Notes: generated from the sequence alone by a model not told the origin. Positions 10,994 to 22,973 are shown, numbered from the stretch's first letter. The stretch: 64,000 nt of DNA from Octopus vulgaris (GCA_951406725.2 OX597816.1:12028001-12092000), one strand, 5' to 3'. Numbers and translations: made by a program.

Positions 10994-11343
10994 TGCCAAG
11001 AATTCACAACAACCTCGAACCCACAAGAGTAAACAAGAGAGAAACAAAGACAGGCAGAAACAAGGAAAATGCCCCTTGTATTTGAACACTATACAAATAG
11101 TCTTTTAAAAAACTTTTCTTTGAATTTTTCCAAAATTTAATTGTTTTCCATACTTACAGGTGAAAAAGTCTCAATGACTGAAACCGGTAATGAAATGATT
11201 TTTATAAAAATTATTTTAGCATTTTTTACCTTTCAATCTTTTACTTGTTTCAGTCATTTGACTGTGGCCATGCTGGAGCACTACCTTTAGTCGAGCAAAT
11301 CAACCTCAGGACTTATTCTTTGGAAGCCTAGTACTTATTCTAT

Positions 11344-11540
11344 CATTTACGAAGGGGAGACAAACACTAAGTACTGGGGGTGTTTGTCTCCCCTTCGTAA
11401 ATGTATATAAGGACACAGGAATAATGTGTCAAAGCCATCAGGAAGCGTCAATGCTTCCTAGGGCTAAACAGCAGTGGTGTAACCCCCAACTGTCATGTTC
11501 ACGTTAGATTGACAGTATACAACCATTCTATATATATATA
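11344..11540 (+). mobile_element. Short TA-tailed element with a perfect 24-bp terminal hairpin (11344-11403), family H4
   Basis: CATTTACGAAGGGGAGACAAACAC-12 nt-GTGTTTGTCTCCCCTTCGTAAATG; body AAGGACACAGGAA..CTAGGGCTAAACAGCAGTGG..ATTGACAG is related to the reverse complement of 31385-31531. Confidence 0.7.
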
Positions 11541-11544
11541 TATT

Positions 11545-11945
11545 ACTCTCTTTACTATTTTACTTGTTTCAGTCATGTGACTGTGGCCATGCTGGAGCAC
11601 CGCCTTTGGTCGAGCAAATTGACCAAAGGACTTACTTTTTGTAAGTCTAGTACTTATTCTATCAGTCTCTTTTGCCAAACCGCTAAGTTACAGGGATGTA
11701 AACACACCACCATCTGTTGTCAAGTGATGTTGGGGGAACAAACACAGACACACAAACACACATACACACACATATATACATATATACGAAAGGCTTCTTT
11801 CAGTTTCTGTCTACCAAATCCACTCACAAGGCTTTGGTCAGTCCGAGGCTAGAGTAGAAAACACTTGCCCAAGGTTCCACGTAGTGAGATTGAAATCAGA
11901 ACCATGTGGTTCGTAAGCAGGCTACTTACCACACTGCTACTCCAG
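11545..11945 (-). mobile_element. SINE family A, near full length
   Basis: Reverse complement of the 3310-3710 type, tail to head. Confidence 0.85.
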
Positions 11946-12739
11946 CACCAATATTTACATAGATATTATATACACACACTCACACAAATGTATATATATC
12001 TTAGTCTTAAAAAAAAAAACCCCTGGCAAATGGTTGAAATATTAGCTTCCTTCCCTCTTCATGGTAACAGGATTTATACAACTCTTCTACAGACAAACTC
12101 TTTGTCAGTACAGATCATCTCCATCTTCATCAGACTCGGGAAGGTGTTAAGCATTTCTGCTATACTGCATAACATTTCTGCTTTACCGAACATTCATGTA
12201 AAGGTGACCAACAAGTTTATCAAATGTTCATACCTGCATGACAATTCACCAAGCCTTCTAATTTATTGGCAATAGTTTTAAAATCTCATTTAACACCTAG
12301 ATACAATCAATCGCGATTGTGTGTCCAGTTAATAGGTGTGTGGATGTAAGCAACGGCTGGATGCTTAAAATGATCGTTTCTCAGTCGTCATATAACTGTA
12401 GGTGCGATCCCACTTCATGATGGAATGAGATGATTTGGCACGGCTCTTTGGATGCTGACGTGGCATGGCTGACTGGACATTCAGCCTGTTTTAGTAACTA
12501 TATGTCTTGGTACCGAGGGCAATTACACACACACATACATACACACATACACGTATGTGCACATGCACACATGTACATACACACACATGCACACAAGTGT
12601 AGAAATATACACATACAAAAAGAGAGAAAGAGAGAGAGAGGGGGGTATTACGATTTATTAATTGAACGTGATTGATATTAAAACTTTCCCTTGCTTTGTA
12701 CACATGACGAGAAATGTGGTGACACATAGAGAGAGAAAG

Positions 12740-13030
12740 AAAGATGGCAAGAGAGAGAGAGAGAGAGAGAGGAGAAGAGAGAGTGGGAAAGAGAGGAAGA
12801 GAAAATAAGAGAGAGAAGGGGAGAAGGGGAGAGAGAAAGATGAATAGATAAAGAGGGGAAGAGAAATGGGGAGGGAGAAGGATGGAGAGAGAGAGGGAGA
12901 GAAAATAAGAGAGAAAAGGGGAGAAGGGGAGAGAGAAAGATGAATACATAAAGAGGGGAAGAGAAATGGGGAGGGAAAAGGATGGAGAGAGAGGGTGAGA
13001 AAGGGAGGAGAGAGAGAGAAGGAGAAAGAG
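12740..13030. repeat. Polypurine tract with two 100-bp tandem units
   Basis: GAAAATAAGAGAGA..GATGAATA..GAGAAATGGGGAGGG..GGATGGAGAGA starts at 12801 and again at 12901. Confidence 0.9.
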
Positions 13031-13429
13031 ATATGTAATTTATTAATTGAGCAGGATAATCACCTTTCCTCTCTTCAGCCACTTAAAAGGAATGTATTCA
13101 CACACATAAACAGAGAGAGAGAGAGAAAGATTACAAATTTGTAGTTTAAATTTACGTTATGTGACATTATACAATTTCATCAGAGGAAAAATGATGTACC
13201 TTTGGATGCTGTATGTGGACTTATCAGTTCATTTCTGCAGACTCTATTCTTTTTTTTACATAGATATAAACTATACGCTTTTATATATACTAATTGTTTA
13301 AGAAAATTTCATTCCCCAAACATACTAGGTATTGAACCAGTATTTCCTTGGATGCAACTACCCCTTCAGTCATCTTGACTATGGCCATCCTGGAGCACTG
13401 CTTTATTTTTTTTTTATTTCTTATTTTTT

Positions 13430-13642
13430 TGTACTTGTTTCAGTCATTTGACTGCGGCCATGCTGGAGCACCGCCTTTAGAGTGGTGAAAGAGTACAGCA
13501 GGGATCACCACCATCCCCTGCCGGAGCCTCGTGGAGCTTTTAGGTGTTTTCGCTCAATAAACACACACAACGCCCAGTCTGGGAATCAAAACCGCGATCC
13601 TCCGACCGCAAGTCCGCTGCCCTAACCACTGGGCCATTGCGC
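13430..13642 (-). mobile_element. Chimeric SINE: family C2 tRNA head joined to family A tail
   Basis: The A-tail GCCATGCTGGAGCACCGCC is joined within a few nt to GTGGTGAAAGAGTACAGCAGGG of the 18088 family; same junction at 49305-49505. Confidence 0.7.
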
Positions 13643-14159
13643 CATCATCATTTAACATCCATTTTCCATATTGGCATGGTCTCTACAACTGGATGCCCTT
13701 CCTAATGCCAACCACTTCAAGAATGTAGAGAGTGCCTTTTATGTGCCACCAGCATAGGTGCCATTTAAGAAAAACTGGCATCATCCATGACTACGATCTC
13801 ACTTGGCTTTACACATACACATGCACACACACACATGTATGTATATATATCTATATATACATATCTCATCATCATCATCATGTAGTGTGCATTTCCTATG
13901 CCAGCATTGGTCGGATGAGTGTGTGTGTATGTACGTGTTGGCATCTCCTTGTCTTGACACTGTGATAATTGTAAGCGAGTGTTACTCTCATACAAACAGG
14001 GCCATTCATCTCCAGTCCTCCCATGTCTGACCAAGGGGAGAATATTATTACATTGCTTAAAAACAGATGAAGGTTGGTGACAGAAAGGGCATCCAACTGT
14101 AGAAAAAGAAAAATTGCTTCAACAGGTTCCATCTGAAGTGGGGAGAGTTGATGTATGTC

Positions 14160-14697
14160 AAACAATGATGATGGTGACGACAATGAGGATAATGATGATT
14201 ATGAAGGCAACAATGTTGGTGGTCATCATGATAATGATGATGATGACAATGTTGATGGTCATGATGATGATGATGATGACAATGTTGATGGTCATGATGA
14301 TGATGATGATGATGATGACAATGTTGGTGGTCATGATGATGATGATGATGATGATGACAATGTTGGTGGTCATGATGATGATGATGGTGATAGTGACAAT
14401 GATGTCAAAGATGATGCTTAAGATGAAGATAACGATGATAATGATGTTTATGCTGATGATGACAACAAAGAAGGGCAAAGGTGACAATTATGATGACAAC
14501 TATCATCATTACCATAATCATCATCAAGACATTGAGGACAATGATGATGATGATGATGATAATGATGATGATGATGATGATAATGATGATGATGATGATA
14601 ATGATGATGGCTACAATGATGATGATGTTGACATTGATGATAATGACATCGGCATCGATAATAATGATGATACTGATTATGATGATGATGATGATTT
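14160..14697. repeat. Degenerate (GAT)n array with higher-order GACAATGTTGRTGGTCAT(GAT)n units
   Basis: Direct inspection. Confidence 0.95.
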
Positions 14698-15289
14698 CCA
14701 TTAAGGCTTACACATCTCAAAGAACTACTCAGCCTCTTTAACCACTTCAATGAACAGACCGTTTCCATTGATCAAACCACTCAGAGTGCTCCTCATAGAA
14801 ACTGGTGAAGACCCATTAATATTAATAGCAACACACAGTAGATGTACATTTTATACATAGACGTAGTTTAACCATCGTTAACATTAAGCGACCATTAACA
14901 GAATTGATAACTCATTAGTATCATTTTTACTTAAACATGTGTTTGGTGGAAATGTTGGCATTTTACCAATTTTATATTTCCTTTCAGTTCTCTCCCTCTT
15001 GTATTTGACAAAACTTATTTAAGTGTTCATGAACCAATAACAAAGTCAAAACAATTTCATCGGTCGATAATTATATCAATTTCCAATAAAATAAGAAATT
15101 TCTTTTGGTGCTGGTGCATATGATATGGTGTTTATGGCCAGACAACAAAAGCAGAGGAAAAAAAAAAATAATAACGATAAAGAAATGCCACCCAAAACTG
15201 CAGTTTTTTTTTCGCAGAAAATAGCTTGAGTAATAAAGATTTCTCTTAACTGTTGTATGGCATGTGTTATATTTCAGAAACACATACAC

Positions 15290-15326
<37 letters not shown>

Positions 15327-15515
15327 GACATGCTCAGACACACACACATACCCACATACACATGCAAGCACACATATATCTTCATTAGTCGTATATATAT
15401 TTGGGTGTGTGTGTATACATATATATATATATATATAGCATGAAGAATGGATGTTAAATGGAGATGATGATGGTGATGATTATATATACATATATTTCCT
15501 TATCAGATACATACA

Positions 15516-15550
<35 letters not shown>

Positions 15551-15575
15551 GTGTGTGTGTGTATATATATATGTT

Positions 15576-15624
<49 letters not shown>

Positions 15625-15727
15625 GTATATATTTTTTCTTATCAGATACATAGATATGCATATGTGTACATAAATACATATGCATATGTTATTATTGATG
15701 ATGATGATGATGATAATGATAATGATT

Positions 15728-15790
<63 letters not shown>

Positions 15791-15988
15791 TTGATGATGA
15801 TGATGATGATAAAACACAATGTTATGATCTCATAATGGCCAAATTACCTACTGGTTTCATACCAGTTGGTAATTTTATTAATAAAAATAAAAATAAAAAG
15901 CCCATGCTATTAACTAATACACGAGTGCCTGCTTTTTCTGACTCATGGACGTTTGGGCAGCAACATAGACTCACACACACACAGATAT

Positions 15989-16020
<32 letters not shown>

Positions 16021-16023
<3 letters not shown>

Positions 16024-16510
16024 ACTCGTGGCCGATGCCAGCGCTGCCTCCACTGGCTTCCGTGCTGGTGGCACGTAAAATACACCAATCCGACCGTATG
16101 ACAGGCACCCATGCCAAACCCCCTTTGCTTGCGAAGACATGTTGGGGCAAGCAAAAGAGAAATCGAATTGAACCAGCCAGGATCCCTGGTCTGGTGGTAC
16201 GTAGAAAGCACTATCCGACTCGTGGCCGATGCCAACGCAGCCTCGACTGGCTTCCGTGCCGGTGGCACATAAAATACACCAATCCGACCGTGGCCGTTGC
16301 CAGCCTCGCCTGGCACCTGTGCAGGTGGCACGTAAAAAGCACCCACTACACTCACAGAGTGGTTGGCCTTAGGAAGGGCATCCAGCTGTAGAAACATTGC
16401 CAGATAAGACTGGAGCCTGGTGCAGCCCTCTGGCTTCCCAGATCCCCGGTCGAACCGTCCAACCCATGCTAGCATGAAGAACGGATGTTAAACGATGATG
16501 ATGATGATGA
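16021..16510 (+). mobile_element. SINE-like family D, young subfamily with ~190-bp higher-order unit
   Basis: Near-identical to the reverse complement of 45820-46443; CCGACTCGTGGCCGATGCCA recurs at 16021 and 16215. Confidence 0.85.
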
Positions 16511-16639
16511 TATATATGTATATATATATATATATATATGGGTATATGTACATACAGTTAGAGAGAGAGAGAGTCTTCTTGTCCATGTATGAAACTCCGT
16601 GGAGGCACATGGCCTAGTGATTAGAGCAGCCTATTATTA

Positions 16640-17040
16640 TGGGCACAGGAGTGGCTGTGTGGTAAGTAGCTTGCTTAACAACCACATGGTTCCAGGTTCT
16701 GTCCCACTGCGTGGCATCTTGGGCAAGTGTCTTCTGCTATAACCTCAGGCCGACCAATGCCTTGTGAGTGGATTTGGTAGACGGAAACTGAAAGAAGCCT
16801 GTCGTATATATGTATATATATATGTGTGTGTGTGTGTCTGTGTTTATCCCCCTAGCATTGTTTGACAACCGATGCTGGTGTGTTTACGTCCCTGTCACTT
16901 AGCGTTTCGGCAAAAGAGACCGATAGAATAAGTACTGGGCTTACAAAGAATAAGTCCCGGGGTCGATTTGCTCGACTAAAAGCGGTGCTCCAGCATGGCC
17001 GCAGTCAAATGACTGAAACAAGGAAAAGAGTAAACGAGTA
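16640..17040 (+). mobile_element. SINE family A, full length
   Basis: GGCACAGGAGTGGCTGTGTGGTAAG head through ..GACTGAAACAAGGAAAAGAGTAAA tail. Confidence 0.9.
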
Positions 17041-17052
17041 TATACATCGTCA

Positions 17053-17445
17053 CACTCAAGTCCCGTGCTAGTAGGGTATTAAGAGCACCGTCCGAGCGTG
17101 ATCGTTGCCAGAGCGGCTGTCGGGCCTCTGTGCTGGTAGCACATAAAAGATACCATTCGAGTGTGATCTTTACCAGCATTGCCTTACTGGCACCTGTGCC
17201 GGTGGCATGTGTAAAAGATTCGAGCAAGGTCGTTGCCAGTACCACCTGATTGGCCCCATGCCAGTGGCACATAAAAGCACCCACTACACTCTCGGAGTGG
17301 TTGGCGTTAGAAAGGGCATCCAGCTGTAGAAACTCTACCAGATCAAGATTGGGGCCTGGTGCAGCCATCTGGTTTGCCAGCCCTCAGTCAAATCGTCCAA
17401 CCCATGCTAGCATGGGAAGCGGACGTTAAATGATGATGATGATGA
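17053..17445 (+). mobile_element. SINE-like family D with about four diverged modules
   Basis: Repeated GGTGGCAC(A/G)TAAAAG(C)ACC modules followed by the standard tail and (GAT)n. Confidence 0.8.
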
Positions 17446-17564
17446 TACATGAACAGAGAGAGAGTGGGAGAGAAAGAATCATAGCTAAATGAGGGGAAGG
17501 GGGAGAGTTGGAGTAAATAACAGAGAAGTTAAGGGAGGAGGATTTATGAATTTTTATTCTAATA

Positions 17565-17980
17565 TCTCTTTTACTCTTTTACTTGTTTCAGTCATTTGAC
17601 TGCGGCCAAGCTGGAGCACTGCCTTTAGTCGAGCAAATCGACCCCGGGACTTATTCTTTGTAAGCCTAGTACTTATTCTATCGGTCTCTTTTGCTGAACC
17701 GCTAAGTGACGGGGACGTAAACACCAGCATCGGTTGTCAAGCAATGCTAGGGGGACAAACACAGACACACAAACATATACACACACACTTATATATATAT
17801 ATATATATATACACATATATACGACAGGCTTCTTTCAGTTTCCGTCTACCAAATCCACTCACAAGGCATTGGTCGGCCTGGGGCTATAGCAGAAGACACT
17901 TGCCCAAGATGCCACGCAGTGGGACTGAACCCGGAACCATGTAGATGGTTAGCAAGCTACTTACCACACAGCCACTCCTG
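17565..17980 (-). mobile_element. SINE family A, full length
   Basis: Reverse complement of 16640-17040. Confidence 0.9.
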
Positions 17981-18087
17981 AAAATTTGTTATCATTTTAA
18001 CATTTTGTATAAGTAGCAAGAAATAATTATGGAATGGAATAACACATTTCCTGTTATTACCCATCCTAGCATCAATATTTTGAAAGT

Positions 18088-18470
18088 GGAGGCGCAATGG
18101 CCCAGTGGTTAGGGCAGCGGACTCGCGGTCATAGCATCGTGGTTTCGATTCCCAGACCGGGGCGTTGTGAGTGTTTATTGAGCGAAAACACCTAAAAGCT
18201 CCACAAGGCTCCAGCAGGGGATGGTGGTGATCCCTGCTGTACTCTTTCACCACAACTTTCTCTCACTCTTACTTCCTGTTTCTGTTGTACCTGTATTTCA
18301 AAGGGCCGGCCTTGTCACTCTCTGTGTCACGCTGAATATCCCCGAGAACTACGTTAAGAGTACACGTGTCTGTGGAGTGCTCAGCCACTTACACGTTAAT
18401 TTCACGAGCAGGCTGTTCTGTTGATTCGGATCAACCGGAACCCTCATCGCCGTAACCGACGGAGTGCTTC
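18088..18470 (+). mobile_element. tRNA-derived SINE family C2, full length and CpG-rich (young)
   Basis: GGAGGCGCAATGGCCCAGTGGTTAGGGCAGCGGACTCGCGGTC..GGTTTCGATTCCCAG is a tRNA-like head with a TCG (Arg) anticodon-like triplet, consistent with octopus tRNA-Arg-derived OR-type SINEs (family assignment not verified). The 3' part is shared with 53900-54080. Confidence 0.85.
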
Positions 18471-18819
18471 CCCATACTTTGAAAGTTATCATTCATAAAA
18501 CAGCCATCTCTTTAGTTTGGCATTTAATTGAGAAATTCATCATTTATATTTCCACTTTAGCTCCATCTGAAGGTGGAAGTTTAAGCACTTTAGTTTAAAG
18601 CTAATTAGAAACTAAAAAGTAATTAACAACTTCATTAACTATCTACAAGAAATATCATTTTTGTTTGGCAGTAATCACATCTTTCTCTTATTCTCTTATT
18701 CATTACTGGGGGATCTAAGATGAAGTAGATTAACAAGTTTATTTTTGAACTTGTGGAAGACACACAAGATGTCGAAATATCGTTCCTTTGATAACAGTCA
18801 CACTCTTCTTTATTCTTTA

Positions 18820-19218
18820 CTAGCAGTATCGCCCGGCGTTGCTCGGGTTTGTAAGGGAAATAACTATATAAGCATTTTTAGAGATGTAAAGTATAATAGT
18901 CATCTCAATATGGCTAACCACAAAGGGGGAGGGGTGTTACTGTAGCTTTTTACGTTCTGAGATGTAATAATAAATTTTGAGAGAGTTACTTCCCTTATAT
19001 ATGCCGAAAATGCATTAAAAATGGGAAAAATTGATGGTAATTTTTTTTAAAAATTGTAGACTCATTGTAGACGTTCGCTAATACCCAGAAGGGCTCGATA
19101 TAAATCACAACTATAAGATACCCAGTTTTGGTTAAACTGCACCGCAAAATGTGGGAGTAGTTAGGAATCTAAATCGTAGGAGACAGACAGCACACAACCT
19201 CACTTTTATATATAAAGA
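18820..19218 (-). mobile_element. Non-autonomous Helitron (399 bp)
   Basis: Minus strand begins A|TCTTTATATATAAAAG and ends CCCGAGCAACGCCGGG (hairpin)-CGATACTG-CTAG|T: 5' TC, 3' CTAG, subterminal hairpin, A/T target, no TSD. Confidence 0.85.
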
Positions 19219-19272
19219 TTGTTTCTTTACTTTCTGCTGGAGGAGTAACCTCAATCCTATAAATATTATTAT

Positions 19273-19828
19273 TGAGTGAGAGAGCAGTGCATGCAATCAA
19301 AGTAACACTGGGGTAAAATATACAAAGCCCAGTATACCCATCATGACTACCTGTCTGATAAGGGTACACCAGGCACATGCATCACAACCATATGTGCGCA
19401 ACATGGTGATCTCATATCAAGATAAACAGCACATAACCTTGCAGTTGGGGCCCAGTTAGAATTTTCTTCAGATCGAGTAGCCCATCCTGCTCAAAAGATC
19501 CCTGAATAAGGATTGTTTAAGAATTTTGAATGAATCACCCATGTATCCAAAGGTGAATTATCCAAACCTTCAAGAATTCCTTTCAACACATGGCTATAAT
19601 GCTCCCCCGACTACTTCTGCTTGTGATCAGAGATGCACATATTGTCAGCCACTAAGGGACATGGTCAACTGGTTAAGGTCAAACAACTGACAAGTAAATC
19701 TGTGGTATTGAGCAGAATATTTGCTGTAGCCCATCTTTTATACCAAGACAAAACAATGTACATGATAACACTTCCAATCAGTTAAGATCAGGAGCCATGA
19801 GAGCCACAGCCTGATGCTGCATCGGGGC

Positions 19829-19830
<2 letters not shown>
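19273..19830 (-). mobile_element. ~560-bp non-coding element embedded in (TAA)n repeats (family E)
   Basis: Flanked by ATT repeats on both sides. Inverted copy at 20715-21130; fragments at 8213-8335, 41690-41790 and 42575-42630. Strand inferred from TAA orientation. Confidence 0.75.
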
Positions 19831-19888
<58 letters not shown>

Positions 19889-20640
19889 GATAGTTTTTGC
19901 TAGTTGAAATAATGAATGTCTAATATTCTTATTTAGTACAAAATAGCTAATTTAATTTCAGCCGAATAATTACTATTCTGCAGATTCCTAAATTAAATTA
20001 ATATTTTATTTTTCAACGGAATCGGTATGAGTTTCATGTCTGAAACTTGAATGAACTGACCATACATATATAATCAAATGGTTTTACAATCATTTGTGTT
20101 CTTCCGTATTGCTAATTAAGAGTCATTCATAAATCCTATCATTAATTGTAAATCTTATATATTAATTATTTAAGCCTGCGGTTATTTGATTGTGTTTATC
20201 AGTTACGCCTGCTCCACAAGGTTTGATGGTTGTGCTGTGGCTTTAGCTGTGTGGATAAGAAGTTTGCTTCCCAACCACATGCAGTTAGGTTCAATTACAC
20301 TGCATGGCATCCTGGGCAGTAAGTGTCTTTGAGTATAGCCCAGGGAAAAACCAGTGCTTTGAGATGTGGTATATGGAAACTGAAAGCAGACTATCTTAAG
20401 CATACATACATACATATGTTTGTACATACAAAGATGCATACATGTATACATGCATGCATACCTACATACATAGATACGTACGTACATACATGCATACATA
20501 CATACATGCATACATACATGCATACATGCATACATGCATGCATACATACACACACACATACATCCGTCCATCTATCCATGCATGCATGCATACATACATA
20601 CATACACATACATACATTCATACATACATACATACATACA

Positions 20641-20671
<31 letters not shown>

Positions 20672-20714
20672 GATAAAAGCGATGGCCACTCATAATAGAA
20701 AGGAGTATTGGTGG

Positions 20715-21130
20715 AATGTCTCAGTGACCTTAATCAGTTGAGCATTTCTCATAGTGGCTGACGATATGTGCAACTTGGATCACGAGCAGAAGTAGTGGGG
20801 GAGCATCATAGCCATGTGTTGAAAGGAATTCTTGGAGTTTTGGATAATTCACCTTTGGAAACAGGGGTGGTTCATTCAACATCCTTAAACAACCCTTATT
20901 TAAGGACTTTTGAGTGGAATGGGTTACTCAACCAGAAGAAAATTCTAACTGGGCCCCACCTGCAAGGTCATGTGCTGTTTACCTTGATATGAGATCACCA
21001 TGTCACACACATTTGGCTGTGATGCATGTGCCTGGTGTACCCTTATCAGACGGGTAGTCATGATGGGTATACTGGGCTTCGTATATTTTACCCCAGTGTC
21101 ACTTTGATAGCATGCACTGCTCTCTCATTC
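20715..21130 (+). mobile_element. Family E element, truncated copy in opposite orientation
   Basis: Reverse complement of 19273-19685; ends ..GCACTGCTCTCTCATTC-AATAATGATAATAAT. Confidence 0.8.
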
Positions 21131-21206
21131 AATAATGATAATAATACCATCAGCAAAAATGCCCTAGGAATGAGAACCCAGGGTTGGGTTCAAAATTCTA
21201 CCAGGA

Positions 21207-21248
21207 CACCTGATGAAGGTTGGAGAATAAATCAGCCAAAATGTTGTG
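21207..21248 (+). ncRNA. CpG-decayed minimal hammerhead motif in a short element (~21150-21308)
   Basis: CAC-CUGAUGA-A-GGUUG..CAGCC-AAAAU-GUU-GUG. Restoring two CpG transitions gives CAGCC-GAAAC-GUU with ACGU as stem III. Confidence 0.6.
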
Positions 21249-22555
21249 GTAACAACAAACAAGATGAGAAGGACATATATCCATCCAATGTAAATAATGT
21301 AAACAATATATCGGAGAAGATGTGCTTCAAGAAGACAGCTTGGATTTTACCAGTCCTATTTTATGTGTATATGTGCATGCATATGAGTGCATGTGCATAT
21401 GTATGTGTATGAATAAATGTGTGTGTGTATGATTGTGTCATATGCAAGGTGTTTGCCCCCCCACTACTGTTTGACAACTGGTGTTGGTGTGTTTACATCC
21501 CTGTAACTTTGCAGTTCAGCTGATGTTGTCAACAGAAGAGGTACCTGGCTTCCCAAAAGAAAAAAATGGAGAAAGGGAGATAAAGTACTAGGATCAAGGC
21601 AATGCCCCAGCATGGCCACAATTTAGTGACTAAATAACTAAATAGCAAAAGGTTAAAGAGAATATTATTTTTGTGTTTATTGGCGGGAACTTGGCAGAAT
21701 CATTAGCACACCAGGGGAAATGCTTAGCAGTATCTCTTTTGCCACTATATTCCAAGTTCAAATTCCGCTGAGGTTAGTTTTGCCTTTCATCATTTCGGGG
21801 TCGATAAATTAAGTACCAGTTGCATACTGGGGTTGATCTAATCGACTGGACCCTCCCCCAAAATTTCATGCCTTGTGCCTAGGGTGGAAAAGTATCTCAT
21901 CTGCAGCTACGTTCTGAATTCAAATTCCGCTGAGATCAATTTTGCCTTTCATCACTTCAGAGTCAATAAATTAAGTACCAACTATGTACTGAGGTCGATC
22001 TAATCGACTGGTCCGCTCCCCAAAAATTTTGGCCGTTGTGCCTTTAGTAGAAATGATTATCTTTATATTTATTTATTCTGTTCTGTTATATTCGTTGCAG
22101 TTGTTTGAATATCTATGGAAATTCAGGCAGAAAGAATAAAGCTGTGTCTTGTTTTCATTGCGATCACCTTATTACTCCCATGAGACAGAATATCACTGTT
22201 TACTTATACAAATAAAACTCGTTATTATTTTTCCATTTCCTTAAGTAGAAATAGATGTTATGCTTCGTTTATATTTCCCTTATTCTTTCATTCTGTGATT
22301 CTTTCATTCCATGATAAATTCATTCCTATATTCTTTTAATCCTTTAATTCTTTTATCATTCATTCAACTGCAGCCATGCTGGGGCTCCTCTCTGAATGTT
22401 TGAGTTGAATAAATAGAAACCCTCCCCCCTCCCCACCAGTACTTATTTTAAGCATTTGTTACATCAACCTTTTTTTTTTCGTTGGAAATGCTAAATGATG
22501 TGAACATGAACAAACCAACACCAGTCGAACTGGGCGAGAGGCCAAACACAACGAT

Positions 22556-22594
<39 letters not shown>

Positions 22595-22787
22595 ACACAT
22601 ACATATACATACACGTATCTATATGCATACATATGACTCTGTGGAAGCTATAAGATGTTGCACAGGCACTCATCTCCAGGTGCATGCTTATTTATAGCAG
22701 AAACAGCAGTAACCTTATGAAAGTGATTATGTTACACCCGTTCTTTTGTCAATCTTTTAACAATTGTTTATACATATATATATATCG

Positions 22788-22824
<37 letters not shown>

Positions 22825-22973
22825 TCCTCTCACCTCTGCTACTATCTGGCACATACAGGTGCTTACATCTATCAAGTATTCACCCTGAATTTATTATATA
22901 AGCATTTATATAATATTATATAAGAATTTATTATATAAGCACCCACTACACTCTCGGAGTGAAATGATGATGA

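Noticed and set aside
12020-12500. Possible highly decayed mariner N-terminus or host exon on the minus strand
   Set aside because: Only scattered resemblance (IAEMLN, YHEEG) across broken frames; needs tBLASTx.
14712-14801. 90-nt minus-strand exon candidate (CAG|...|GTAAGC)
   Set aside because: Stops in all three frames and a weak pyrimidine tract; it could only be a UTR or terminal exon, which is unsupported.
18088-18165. tRNA-Arg gene
   Set aside because: The tRNA-like head continues into a SINE body, with no acceptor stem closure or poly-T terminator.
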